Assembly (NCBI GenBank): GCA_038087875.1
Contig: CM075993.1
Location: 6,078,001 to 6,142,000 of the forward strand
Length of the DNA stretch: 64,000 nucleotides
Direction: 5' to 3'
Source of the DNA: Malacoraja senta
Taxonomy: Eukaryota
This document shows, piece after piece, positions 49,175-61,141 of the stretch. A program made the position numbers and the translations under genes. Below the pieces are notes generated by a model. That model saw only the letters and a list, made by a program, of their open reading frames with translations, was not told the DNA's origin and made no database searches. Each line of letters begins with the position of its first letter. Position 1 is the first letter of the stretch.

Positions 49175-49320
49175 TCATATTCCTCCCTGTGCAAAGACAA
49201 AAGTGTTCCAGGGCCCACAAACAACATCCATCACACTGAGATGGTTTTCCGTGAAGTACTCCACAAGCCTTGGAACGTCGGAGCTATCGGTCTGGCCGTG
49301 GCCAAGCTGGCCATAGTTCC
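49175..49320 (-). CDS. RCCD1: RCCD1 last exon
   Basis: NYGQLGHG...[14 protein letters not shown] then stop. Confidence 0.93.
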
Positions 49321-52300
49321 CTGGAAAATACAAACAATTCACTGCATGCATTTGACAGCAAACGGCAGTGGGAGATCATGGTGTGTAAAACGTAGGGGGA
49401 AAAACGCCACAAAGTGCTGGAGTAACTCAGCGGGTCAGGCAGCATTTCTGGAGAACATGGATAGGTGACGTTTTACGTCAGAACTCATCTTTAGACTAAT
49501 AGTGATGGGGGCAGGACAAAGTCTAGCGGGGGTGACAGGCAGATGGTTGGACAAAGACTAGAGATTAAAGGACAAAATGTGTGAGAGAAGGATGGAGGTG
49601 GAAGGGAGAAAATGGCTGTCGGTTAGTTATCTAACGTTGACATGGCAACTTACAGCCATTAACACAGACGAAAATGAAGGCAACACAAGGTTGGTTTATG
49701 AACAGGAAGTGCACATTCTACACAAAATTTAACAACATCACTGTGAGCACCGGTTTTAGGAAAGAACCCAGTGTCCGATTATCAGGAGAATTCTCAGACA
49801 TCGTTAAACATTCTCTATTCCACTCTGACGTTTTCCCCTGCTTTTAGAAGACCACAATGCCAAAGGAAAAGAAGTAAAAGCCACAAAGTGCTGGAATAAC
49901 TCAGAAGGTCATCTTTGGGGAACATGGATCGGTGACGTTTCAGGTCCGACCCTTCAGACTGATTGTGGGGTGGGGTGGGGGACAGAACAAAAACCAGCAT
50001 CTGCAGTTCCTTGTGTCTGCTTGTGTTACACAGGGGCTGGAATGACAGAAAGCAAGGCTGCCATTCCACAAGTACATCCCTCAAGCTTACACCCACATGA
50101 CACCAGTCTACTTGACTTGGCCATGGTGTAATATCACCCTTGGCTTCAACTCACAAACTGCCCACACCTTACACTGACTGCACACAGCATCTTTAAACTG
50201 GCAGACTGAAACTTAGCTGGAAATGCCACCTGCATGCAAAATTCATCAGCACACAAGTGGCTGGGCAAGACCTCACATCTTTCAACTCCACAGGAGACCA
50301 CAAACTCAACTCAAATCACTCATGCAACAGAATAATGCCTGGTACTTACCCCATCCCCATGTGTACAGTTTACCACATCCTAGAAATCAAAAAGAAATGA
50401 TGTCCTTTAATGGCTAATTACTGAAACAATGTCAAGAACGTGCATTGAGAAGTTCTATGATCATAAACCAACAGAGACATGCTCTTACAAATCTATCAAT
50501 TAATAACCAATTGATGAAAAGACATCAATGTCCTTAATCTCAACATTATTGTCACACACATTTACTTCATCAACCTCAATTCGATTTTTTTAACACATTG
50601 TATTCAGCATCACGGAAATCACTGCCGCAGTTCACAATTAAAAATAGGAATATGTGCCAAAATACACAAGGTGAAAGGTTAATATTTCAGAGATTTAGTA
50701 AATGTGGATTTACACCACAGACAGACACAAAATGCCAGAGTAGCTCAGCGGGACAGGTAGCATCCTTAGAGAGAAGGAATGGGTGACGTTTTGGAGACTG
50801 AAGAAGGGTCTCGACCTGAAACGTCACCCATTCCTTCTCTCCAGAGATGCTGCCTGTCCCGCTGAGTTACTCCAGCATTTTGTGTCTATCTTAGGTGCAG
50901 TTCCTTCTGACACTTGTATTTACACCACCTTGTATTTCAACTGTTATCTCTTGGTGTTTTGTCGAAAGGGATTTAGTATTCTGTCCCCACATTAACGTGG
51001 TGGATTATTACCAATAGGGCGGCAGTAATAATCTATCGTGGGGCGAATCAAATTAAGCCTGTAGTTCTGGTGTCAGGGATCGCTTGTTTAACCTGAGTGA
51101 CATCCACCTCTCAACAGCTTGAGAGTGAATGCTTTCATTCTCGTGTTAAAACACTGAACATCCGAAACATCAGCTCCAGTATTGGTGACTATCTCCACCT
51201 GTCTCCACCGCCCGACTCATTTGCCATCCACCCCCTGCATCCATCTACCACTTGTTCAAGAAGGAACTGCAGATGCTGGAAAATCGAAGGTGGACAAAAG
51301 TGCTGGAGAAACTCAGCGGGTGCGGCAGCATCTATGGAGCGAAGGAAATAGGCAATGTTTCGGGCCGAAACGTTGCCTATTTCCTTCGCTCCATAGATGC
51401 TTTATCCAGCACTTTTGTCTACCTTCCATCTACCACTTGCCAGTTCTTGCTCCACCCCTTCCCCTCGCCTCAGCTAACTCCCCTTCACTCAGACTGAAGG
51501 AGGGACCCGACCTGACCAGTCATCTGTCCGTTCCCTCCACAGTTCCTTCAGCAGTTTGTGTTTTTTCCTCAAGATTTCAGCTGTAGTTTAGAGATACAGC
51601 GTGGAATCAGGCCCATCATCCCACCGAGTCCGCGCCGACCAGTGATCCCCGCACATTAACACTATCCTACACACACTGGTGACAATTTTTACCAAGCCAA
51701 TTAACCTGAAAAAGTTCACTTAAAAGTTAGACAAAGTACAAATTCTTAAGACCATACAAAGCTTTAATTTAACATCTGACGGGTGTGAACTGAGAGACTC
51801 AGAGGCAACAGGTTCTCACGTCTGAATCTCCAGCAGCACACACAAAGAAATACCAGAACACCGAAGCTTATATACGTACCGATATAAAACCAATTGCATG
51901 ATGTACTGACACAAAACCCATCATCCATCTCCAAATATGGAGTTGTTTTTCACTCTTTGCCAAAAGCCAGTTACCCCAATGGAATCCTCTGGGCCCTTCT
52001 TATCTGATTAACCTCTTCAACTTATCTAAAAAACTTGTAAAAGAGCGGCGAACTATTCAACTTACATAAAAAAGCTTGCAAGAGAGCTGTGAACTTTTCA
52101 ACTTAAAGGGAAAAAAACCTGGCATGATAGGAGTTGTCCAAATCCCATCATGCATTACAATTCGCTCTTTACAACAGGAAAGTTTAAATATGACAACAAT
52201 CAATTAATAACTAACTCTTTTAAACCTACAGACCTGTACGTCTTTGGAGTGTGGGAGAAAGCTGGAGCTCCCGGGGAAAACCTATGCAGGTCACGAGGAG

Positions 52301-55300
52301 AACATACAAACTCCGTACAGACAGCACCCGTAGTCAGGATGGAACCCGGGGCTCTGGTGCGGTAGGGCGGCAACTACCGCTGCGCGACCGTGCTGCCCGT
52401 CTTGTGTCTCCATTAAGATTGTTAAGGGTTTCGACACGCTAGAGGCAGGAAACATTTTCCCGATGTTGGGGGAGTCCAGAACCAGGGGCCACAATTTAAG
52501 AATAAGGAGTAGGCCATTTAGGACAGAGACGAGGAAACACTTTTTCTCACTGAGAGTGGTGAGTCTGTGGAATTCTCTGCCAAAGGGGGCGGTTGAGGCA
52601 GATTCTCTGGATGCTTTCAAGAGAGAGCTAGATAGGGCTCTTAAAAATAGCGGAGTCAGGGGATATGGGGAGAAGGCAGGAACGGGGTACTGATAGGGGA
52701 TGATCAGCCATGATCACATTGAATGGCGGTGCTGGCTCGAAGGGCCAAATGGCCTACTCCTGCACCTATTGTCTATTGTCTATTAAATGATTAATTTCCC
52801 AACTGAAGCCAATATTGATACCACAGATGTGGCTTCCATTGCGTGCAGAGAAACATTTCCCAGTGCCGGTCGGTACGTACTGGTGACAGCCGCCGTATGT
52901 CGTGACCCACAGCTGACTTTCCACATCTCCAACTCGCCTGGGAAGTCCAACAGGGCGGGAAACACTTGAATTGAGATGAACACATTAACGTTTCCGATAA
53001 TTCCGTCACCTGCATCCTTCAGGGCCGGAGTGCCTGCAAGTCAATATTTAATTGTTTAAGCCAAAGGCATTTATGCAAACACTAATCAACACCTACAAAA
53101 TCTGAATGCAAGACATTCTGTGCATGTGATGTTATTGAATGCATCAAACTTAAGCAGGCAACTTTGATGACTCGGGAACAACCACACAGCAAAGACCATG
53201 ACTCTGCATTTTTCCCAAAATGCTCCACAATAACCACTTGTTGAATTACAGGCAGCAGTCCAAGAGCAGCAAAAGACATAACTATCCGTGACTCCACAAC
53301 TGGTTACAAACTCAGGGGCAGCACGGTGGCGCAGCGGTAGACTTGCTGCCTTACAGCGCCAGAGACCCGGATTTGATCCTGACCACGGGTGCTGTCTGTA
53401 CGGAGTTTGCACGTTCTCCATTTGACCGCGTGGGTTTTTCTCCCGGTGCTCCGGTTTCCTCCATGTTCCAAAGCCGTACAGGTTTGTAGGTTAATTGGTT
53501 TCGGTAAAATTGCAAATGGCCCCTGGTATGTGTAGGACAGCGTTAGTGTACGGGGTGATCGCTGGTTGGCGGGGACTCCGTGGGCCGAAGGGCCCGTTTC
53601 CGCGCCATTTCTCTAAAATCAATTAAAAGGTGGCATTTGGAGTGTTGCAAGACCAAATGCAGACTTGGAAAACTTTAGATATTAACGCAGTTTGTAAATA
53701 CAGATCTCCGCACCTTCTCCAGACGGTCCTGTCTGTAGGGAGAGCTGTTGACGTTCCTCCCCTGATTGCAGTTTTGTTGGCAGACCCAACTGTCCGGACT
53801 CATTCCAGCCCCACACGTACACGTCGCCTGAAGCTGATAAGTTTTAAAATTAAAAAATGCAATTTCTAATTAAACAAGAGAAACATCCCATCTCTTACGG
53901 CAGAGTAGTGCTGTATATTTCTCAGTAAGAAAGCCCCAAGTAAATCTCTCAGATAGCGCCAATATCTTCCGTTTTAGATTTGGGAAAATTACTTTTAAAA
54001 CTGTTGGATAAATGTGTGATTTGATTGCAGGATAGCAGAGGAGGAAGTCTGATCACTGATTCTGGCCTACCTTGGCTGAGAAGTTCAGGAGATGGGCTAC
54101 CACGGAAAAACCTGGATGGAAACCTGTGACTCATGCCCGAAAATATTCACACAAAGTCTGATGCAACTTCGTAATGACATTTATACCCAGATTAGGGACA
54201 GTTTCTTCCCAGTTTTTATCAGGAAACTGAACCAACCCACCAACAACTAGAGAGTGGTCCTAAGCTACTATCCACCTCATTGGAGTCCCTCGTACTCTCA
54301 TTAATTGGATTTTACCTTGCACTAAGTGTATTCCCTAGATCACATATCTACACTGTGGACAGCCCAATTGTAATCATCTATAGTCTTTCCGCTGAATGCT
54401 TAGCACGCAACAAACGCCTTCCACTGTATCTCGGTACATGTGACAGGAAACTAAACTAAACTGAGAATGGTACACTAATGATTGGCAAAGGAAAAAACGA
54501 TTTTGTCACAGCCCATTAGAACATCGAACGTGGAGTTTGCACGTGCTCCCAGTGACCACGTGGGTTTCCTCCATGTTCTCAGGCTTCCTCCTACATCTCA
54601 GATGTTTCGGTTGGTGGGTTCAATGGTCGCAGTAACTTGCCCCTAGTGTTTAGATTAGTGATGGAATCTGGGAACTGTTGATAAGAACATAGGGAGAATA
54701 AAATGTGATTACTGTCGGATTAATATAAAAATAGGTGCTTGTCGGTCAGCATGGACTCTATGGACTGGATTGCCTGCTTCTGTAGTGCAAGATATATTAC
54801 TCTCTAGCTCCTTTGCTATCAGAGCCCAAAGATGTCCTTCAATGGTCATTTATAGAGGCTCTGAAACTAGTTTTCAATGGTGGAGATAAACTCAATAGCC
54901 TTTGCCTTTTGAACCTCTGGAGACACCAACATTGCACAGGGTGACACGGTGGCGCAGCGGTAGAGTTGCTGCCTTATTGAGCTTACAGTGCCAGAGACCC
55001 GGGTTCAATCCTGACTACGGGTGCTGTCTGTACGGAGTTTGCATGTTCTCTCCGTGACCGCATGGGATTTCTCCGAGATCGTCGGTTTCCTCCCCACACT
55101 CCAAAGACGTACAGGTTTGCAGACTAATTGGCTTGGTGTAAATGTAAATTGTCCCGAGTGTGTGTAGGATAGTGTTAGTGTGCAGGGATCACTGGTCGGT
55201 GCAGACTCAGTGGGCCGAAGGGCCTGTTTCCACGATTTATCTCTAAACTAAACTAAACTACATATGTGTCAGGGATTTGCAAATAGTAAGCAGACACAAC

Positions 55301-58300
55301 CCAGGCACAATGTCAAAGCTTACCATTGGTACATATGGAGTGCCAGGACCCAGCAGCTATCTCAGCCATCGCCAGTCCATGCAACGCCTCCACAACCCGC
55401 GGCTCTGCTTCATCCTCAACACTGCCATGTCCCAACTGACCATGTCTGCAACCAGGAATAGCATGCTGCTAAAACAGAACCAGGGAACCGGACCTGTATA
55501 TCCACACACATGCAAATACAGATGCTGGAAATGTGGCGAGCTGGAGGAACTCAGCAGGTTAGGCAGCATCTGTACTGAGAACGGACGGACATACCACCTT
55601 CCGGATCTGATCCGCCTGAAGTGGAACGTCAGTCAACCAGCAGTGTGAAGAAAGTTTAGAGGGACGAGAATGCTTTTAAAAATGAAAGCATACTTCATTC
55701 TCCGTTTATGTAGAAATATTCTCAATACAGGGAAGATCTGGGGGAAAGCCTGGATGAAATGGATTAATAGTTTGAAAGTTAAAGTAGATTGGAATAAAGA
55801 TTTAATGATTCAGTCAGAGTTAATCACGTGGGATTTAGTCAGAGATCCCGGGTTCCCCATTACACCCACGAACTACATGATATCCTGTCACCCACACAAT
55901 GCACACACTAACATCAAAGTGTGAATATGATCAGAAGTTGTCATAGTGCACAATATTACCCTTGCATTTATAAAGCACCTTTAATATGGTAAAATGTTGG
56001 AAAATATTTCATCTGAATTCCATCAGACAAACCATGTTACATCAGATGTTAGCACCGGTGGCTAAATAGAAGGGTCCCAACCCAAAACCCCCCATCCTTT
56101 TCCCCCCAGAGATGCTGCCTGAACAGGGTTCAGCTACAAAGGAAGATATCCCGTAATTAAATTTAAAACGTAGGCTTTACCGTCCGGAGCCCCAGGAGTA
56201 CAGCGTCCAGTCAAAGGTCAGCAAGAGAGCATGTTCACCACCCAGGGCCAGCCTCCTCGCCTGAAGCCGCGGTGACAGAGGTTTGTAAAATGGAGGAGTT
56301 GTGGTAATGTAGCCGCCGGGGATTAATGGAAATGCTGCGGAGGGAAAGGGAGAGAGAGAGAGAGAGGGAGGGAATGTAATAAAGACAAGAAATCCTGAAG
56401 ATACTCATCAGACAAGGAAGGACGTGTGAGCAGAGAAACAGTCTGCACATTTTAGGGTCAATGCTCAGTCCGCCTCGGCCTACCTGATCTCCCGGTTGCC
56501 AAACTAATTAATTCCCACAAAGATATTTCTGTCCTGGGCCTCCCTCTTTGTCAGAGTGAGGCCAGATGCAATTTGGAGGAACAGCAACTCATATTCCACT
56601 TGGGCAGCTTATAACCCAACAGTATGAATATTGATTTCTCCATCTTCAAGTAATCCTTCCATCCCCTCTCTCTCCGTCCCTCTCCCGCCCTAAGTTTCAC
56701 TGTTTGCATAACTGGTTATCATCTACCCCAAGCCAACAGTGGACCATTGTGGGCTCCACCTCTCCTTGGTCATCGTTGCTATTTGCATATCTTTCATTCG
56801 TTCGTTCTATGTCGTCTATATCTCTCGTTCCCCTTTCCCCCCCCGACTGTCTGAAGAAGGGTCTCCACCCGAAACGTCACCCATTCCTTTTCTCTCGAGA
56901 TGCTGCCTGCCCCGCTGAGTTACTCCAGCTTAATTCCTGTGTCCAGGGGCCGTGATGTGCCTGTTCTAGAGCTAATCTGGAGCTGCAGAGAACTATGTGG
57001 GAGGCCCATGAGTTATAGGGCAACTCTGCCCACCCTGAACAGGTATCTGCAAAGATTATGCCGTGGATGCCAGTGGAGAAGGAAGGGTGTATCAGTGGGG
57101 AAAATGCTGGAAGGGAAGGGAAGGGAAGCCGTGTGGAATGGTGGCTTTCAGCTGGAACCATCAGTTAACAGAGGATAATGCATCGAACACGAAGGCTGCT
57201 GGATGGAAGGTGAGGACAAGTTGAACCCTGTTTTCTCTGGCTGGGAAAAGAATGGGCAAGTGGAGGATTACAGGAGATAGAATGAAAGCAGATGATAGTT
57301 CTTTAGACTTTAGCAATACAGCACGGGAACAGGCCCCAGCCCACCGAGTTGGCGCCATTCGAGTTGTAAGGCAGCAACTCTACCGCTGTGCCACCCCAAA
57401 CTGTAATCCAACCATAAGCTCTGTCAACCATAATGGGAGGGAGGCCACAGGTATCTCACAGGAAAGGAGTCCTGACAAGAGCGAAGACTGGTTTCAACCG
57501 CTGTACCTGTGTTTGGATTCTCCTCCTCCTGTAGATGTTTAGTCCAAATCACAGAACCCATGGTGTCTCCAGTCGGGCAGAGGCTTGAGACATCCCAGCA
57601 CTCCACTCTATCTTGCCACAAAGTTAGCAGGTATTTCTCCGAGGTCAGGATGTCTCTGCATCTTTGTTGATCCCGGTTGTTAATGTTAATCTGGTGCCAA
57701 GGACCATCGCCAACAAAGCCCCAGAAATGAATAGATCCATCACCTGGGACCAAACAGAAACAACATTAGTGGGATGGAACTAACTCTGTGGGCTTACAAT
57801 GACCTGTAAGAAGACGGAATGGGCCATAAAATGGCCTGTAAACACATATTTCTTCTCCTTTCCTGAAAATCACATTCGCAGGATTACAATGCTGCAGAGT
57901 GACAGGAGAAACACTGATGCAAATACTCAGCAGCTCTGGCAGCACTGCTAGAGAGAAGAGAAGAGTTTACTTATAATGAGTAAAACATTATCTTTGATTT
58001 GCTCTCCACAGATACTGTCTAATCTGCTGAATATTTCCAGCACTATAGTTTTGTTTTTACTTTTCAATGGAAACATTGCTCTGTTCGACATAACTGCATT
58101 GTTAAATTTAGAGATACAGCCTTCATCACTCGTTCTTCATACACTCTCCTCACCATTCCCTGATTCCACAAGGCGTTGCGGCCTTCAGGGGAAATCAGCA
58201 AGCCAGCAAGAGCTGCCGTGGTCTTCTGACCAAAAGCAAAACCCGGCGTAACGTGGCCTGTAGGGGGTAGCCGCCGAGCCAGCCCGTGCGCGGAGGACCC

Positions 58301-60712
58301 GGCGGACCGTGGCCTGCACATCTTTGGGATGAGGGAGGAAACCGGAGCACCCAGAGGAAACAGGAAGAATGTACAAACTCCGCACAGATAGCACCCGTAG
58401 TCAGGATGGAACCCGGGTCTCTGGCGCTGTAAGGCGGCAACTCTCCCGCTGCGCCACCGTGCCGCCCTTGTTTGTAACTGGAGAACAAAGGCAGACCTGG
58501 CACGGATACTGTGCATACTTTGTAAGCGCCCTTACGTGGCGACTATTTGCATACCTTGAGTATGCAAGCAAAGAATTTCACTGTGACTTGTCACGTGACA
58601 AAGTATTCATTCATTCGTAAAGTACTCATTCATTCATTCATGTTTGTAAGTGGACTGTCGACAGCCCATGGACTGTAGGAACAAAACTGCTCTTTGAGCA
58701 CAGGTACACAAAAATGCTGGAGAAACTCAGCAGGTGCAGCAGCATCTATGGAGCGAAGGAAATAGGCAACGTTTAGGGCCGAAACCCTTCTTCAGACTGA
58801 TAGGGGGTGAGGAGAAGAAAGGAAAAAAGGAAAAAGGCGGAGGAGTCTGAGGGCTGGGGGAGGGGAGGAGACAACCAGAGGGCTGATGAAGGGGAGGGGA
58901 CAGCAAGGGCTAGCAGAATTGGGAGAATTCAATGTTCAAGCCCCCAGGATGTAGACTGCCCAAGCGGAATATGAGGTGCATTTCCTCCAATTTGCAGTGT
59001 TGCTCGCTGTGGCCATGGAGGAGACCCAGGACAGAGAGGTCAGATACGGAATGGGAGGGGGAGCATTTGCACTTCGAACGTGACAATGAAGCATCTTTGA
59101 CCCATCCTGGCCACGCCCCCTCATTCGACCCCGCCCATTGCCAGTGGCCACGCCCATCCATTTGCCTTCTTCTGACCCGCCCCTCATCCATAACCACGCC
59201 CACTACCCACGTGCCATTCCCCGGCCCCGCCCCTCACATAGCCCCGCCCACCCCACACAGGCACGTGACAAAAGGGACTGCAGGTGCCAGTTTACACCAA
59301 AGGTAGACACAAAAAGTGCTGGAGTAACTCAGCGGGCAGGCAGCATCTCTGGATAGAAGGAACGGGTGACATCTCGGGTCGAGACCCTTCTTCACACTGG
59401 TTAGGGAGAAGGGAAACGAGAGATACAGATGGTGATGGGGAGAGATAAAGAACAATGAATGAAAGATATGCAAAGAAGTAACGATGATAAAGGAATCAGG
59501 CCATTGTTAGCTGTTTGTTGGATGAGAAATGAGAAGCTGGTGCGACTTGGTGGGGAAGGGATAAACAATAGACAATAGGTGCAGGAGTCAGCCATTCGGC
59601 CCTGCGAGCCAGCACCGCCATTCAATGTGATCATGGCTGATCAACACCAATCAGTACCCCCTTCCTGCCTTCTCCCCATATCCCCCGACTCCACTATCTT
59701 TAAGAGCCCTATCTGGCTCTCTCCTGAAAGCATCCAGAGAACCCGCCTCCACCGCCCTCTGAGGCAGAGAATTCCACAGATTCACAACTCTCTGTGTGAA
59801 AAAGTTTTTCCTCATCTCCGTTCTAAATGGCTTACCCCTTATTCTTAAACTGTGGCCCCTGGTTCTGGACTCCCCCAACATCGGGAACATGTTTCCTGCC
59901 TCTAGCGTGTCCAAACCCTTAATAATCTTGTTTACGAAGGAACTGCAGATGCTGGAAAATCGAAGGTAGACAAAGGTGCTGGAGAAACTCAGCGGGTGCA
60001 GCAGCATCATCTAAGGAGCGAAGGAAATAGGCAACGTTTCGGCCCGAAACGTTGCCTATTTCCTTCGCTCCTTAGATGCTGCTGCACCTGCTGAGTTTCT
60101 CCAGCACCTTTGTCTACCCTTAATAATCTTATATGTTTCAACGAGATCACCTCTCATCCTTCTAAACTCCAGAGTGTACAAGCCCAGCCGCTCCATTCTC
60201 TCAGCATACGACAATCCCGCCAATCAACCTGGTGAACCTACGCTGCGCTCCCTCAATAGCAAGAATGTCCTTCCTCAAATTAGGGGACCAAAACTGCACA
60301 CAATACAGACTCCAGGTGTGGTCTCACTCCTAGAGATGGAGAGAGAGGGAATGCCGGTGCTACCTGAAGTTAGAGAAACCAATGTTCATACCACTGGGCT
60401 GTAAGCTGCCCAAGCGAAATATGAGATGCTGTTCCAGGCTTTACCCCCTCCCCTCCCCATTCCCCATCCCCCCTGCACGGACTCGCCTGTCCAGCCGGCC
60501 GAGTGACTCCAGGCGGGGCAGACCTTGCAGGCCGGGACCGGCTGGCCGTCGGGGCTGTGCCCCAGTCGTGGCCCCGAACCGCAGGCCGCCAGCTGGCGGG
60601 GATCCAGCACCCTGTCAGCCGCCACGCCGGGAACTGTCTGCCCGAAGCGGTTGAAGCCGAAGGCAAACCAGCGGCCGGAGGTGGACGGAGCGGCTGCTAC
60701 TGTTGCCGCCAT
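49175..60712 (-). CDS. RCCD1: RCC1 domain-containing protein 1, 8 exons, 395 aa
   Basis: complement(join(60712-60487,57743-57507,56334-56181,55445-55324,53833-53714,53033-52881,50379-50350,49320-49175)) = 1188 nt. Motifs [92 protein letters not shown]. Confidence 0.94.
50350..50379 (-). CDS. RCCD1: RCCD1 exon 7 (30-nt micro-exon)
   Basis: CGKLYTWGW, tttctag acceptor, GTAAGT donor. Confidence 0.92.
51707..52222 (-). mobile_element. Probable solo LTR (ERV/Gypsy-type) splitting a SINE in RCCD1 intron 6
   Basis: 4-bp TSD AACC; short terminal inverted repeats TGAAAAAGTT/AACTCTTTTA; on the - strand, tandem U3-like repeats, CAAT, TATATAA and ATTAAA occur in LTR order. Confidence 0.6.
52413..52784 (+). 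mobile_element. CR1/HER1-type LINE 3' fragment
   Basis: [18 protein letters not shown]; (TATTGTC)n tail. Confidence 0.85.
52881..53033 (-). CDS. RCCD1: RCCD1 exon 6
   Basis: 153 nt, [12 protein letters not shown]...SRHTAAVT. Confidence 0.92.
53316..53617 (+). mobile_element. HE1/V-SINE-type SINE
   Basis: Same family. Confidence 0.85.
53714..53833 (-). CDS. RCCD1: RCCD1 exon 5
   Basis: 120 nt, [18 protein letters not shown]; an alternative in-frame acceptor lies 6 nt downstream. Confidence 0.9.
54940..55260 (+). mobile_element. HE1/V-SINE-type SINE
   Basis: Same family. Confidence 0.85.
55324..55445 (-). CDS. RCCD1: RCCD1 exon 4
   Basis: 122 nt, HGQLGHG...AAGSWHS. Confidence 0.93.
56181..56334 (-). 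CDS. RCCD1: RCCD1 exon 3
   Basis: 154 nt, FPLIPGGY...YSWGSGR. Confidence 0.93.
56465..56930 (+). mobile_element. Penelope-like element 3' end (GIY-YIG C-terminus, UTR, pLTR)
   Basis: Degenerate ..[39 protein letters not shown] followed by the CTGAAGAAGGG pLTR. Confidence 0.75.
57507..57743 (-). CDS. RCCD1: RCCD1 exon 2
   Basis: 237 nt, phase 1/1, DGSIHFWGF...SEKYLL. Confidence 0.85.
58704..59080 (-). mobile_element. Penelope-like element 3' end
   Basis: [47 protein letters not shown] then a pLTR. Confidence 0.8.
59564..60330 (-). mobile_element. CR1/HER1-type LINE fragment interrupted by a Penelope-like inverted pLTR
   Basis: Insert at 59930-60116 with 14-bp TSD CCCTTAATAATCTT. Confidence 0.8.
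60487..60712 (-). CDS. RCCD1: RCCD1 exon 1 (GC donor)
   Basis: [21 protein letters not shown]...; donor CAG|GCGAGT, phase 1. Confidence 0.85.
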
Positions 60713-60761
60713 CCCCAGAGCTACGGACAACCGACGGCCGTTACTTTCAAACCGCCGGCCA

Positions 60762-61045
60762 CGCCGCCATGTTGAGAAGGAACGCCCTCACCCCCAGTAG
60801 CCACCGCGCACAGGGCGGGTGAGACCGCCGCCATGTTGAGAAGGAACGCCCTCACCCCCAGTAGCCACCGCGCATAGGGCGAGGATGCCGCCATGTTGAG
60901 AAGGAACGCCCTCACTCCCTCGCATCAACCACGCACAGGGCGGGTGAGGCCGCCGCCATGTTGAGAAGGACCGCCCTCACTCCCAGCGAACGCCGCGCGC
61001 AGGGCGGGCGAGACCGCCGCCATGTTGAGAAGGGACGCCCTCCTG
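60762..61045 (-). repeat. Five 60-65 bp tandem units in the RCCD1 promoter/5' UTR, each with a YY1-type motif
   Basis: GCCGCCATGTTGAGAAGG recurs at about 60762, 60826, 60886, 60951 and 61015. Confidence 0.85.
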
Positions 61046-61135
61046 CCCAGCCGCACCATGACTTCTCTCTGTCAACTATTCCATTGCACTTATATTCTCT
61101 TAATTCATCCAAACATAATAACAAATACAAGTGGC

Positions 61136-61141
61136 TTTATT
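61136..61141 (-). terminator. Probable UNC45A poly(A) signal AATAAA
   Basis: TTTATT on the + strand, followed on the - strand by a GU/U-rich tract, just upstream of the RCCD1 promoter. Confidence 0.5.
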
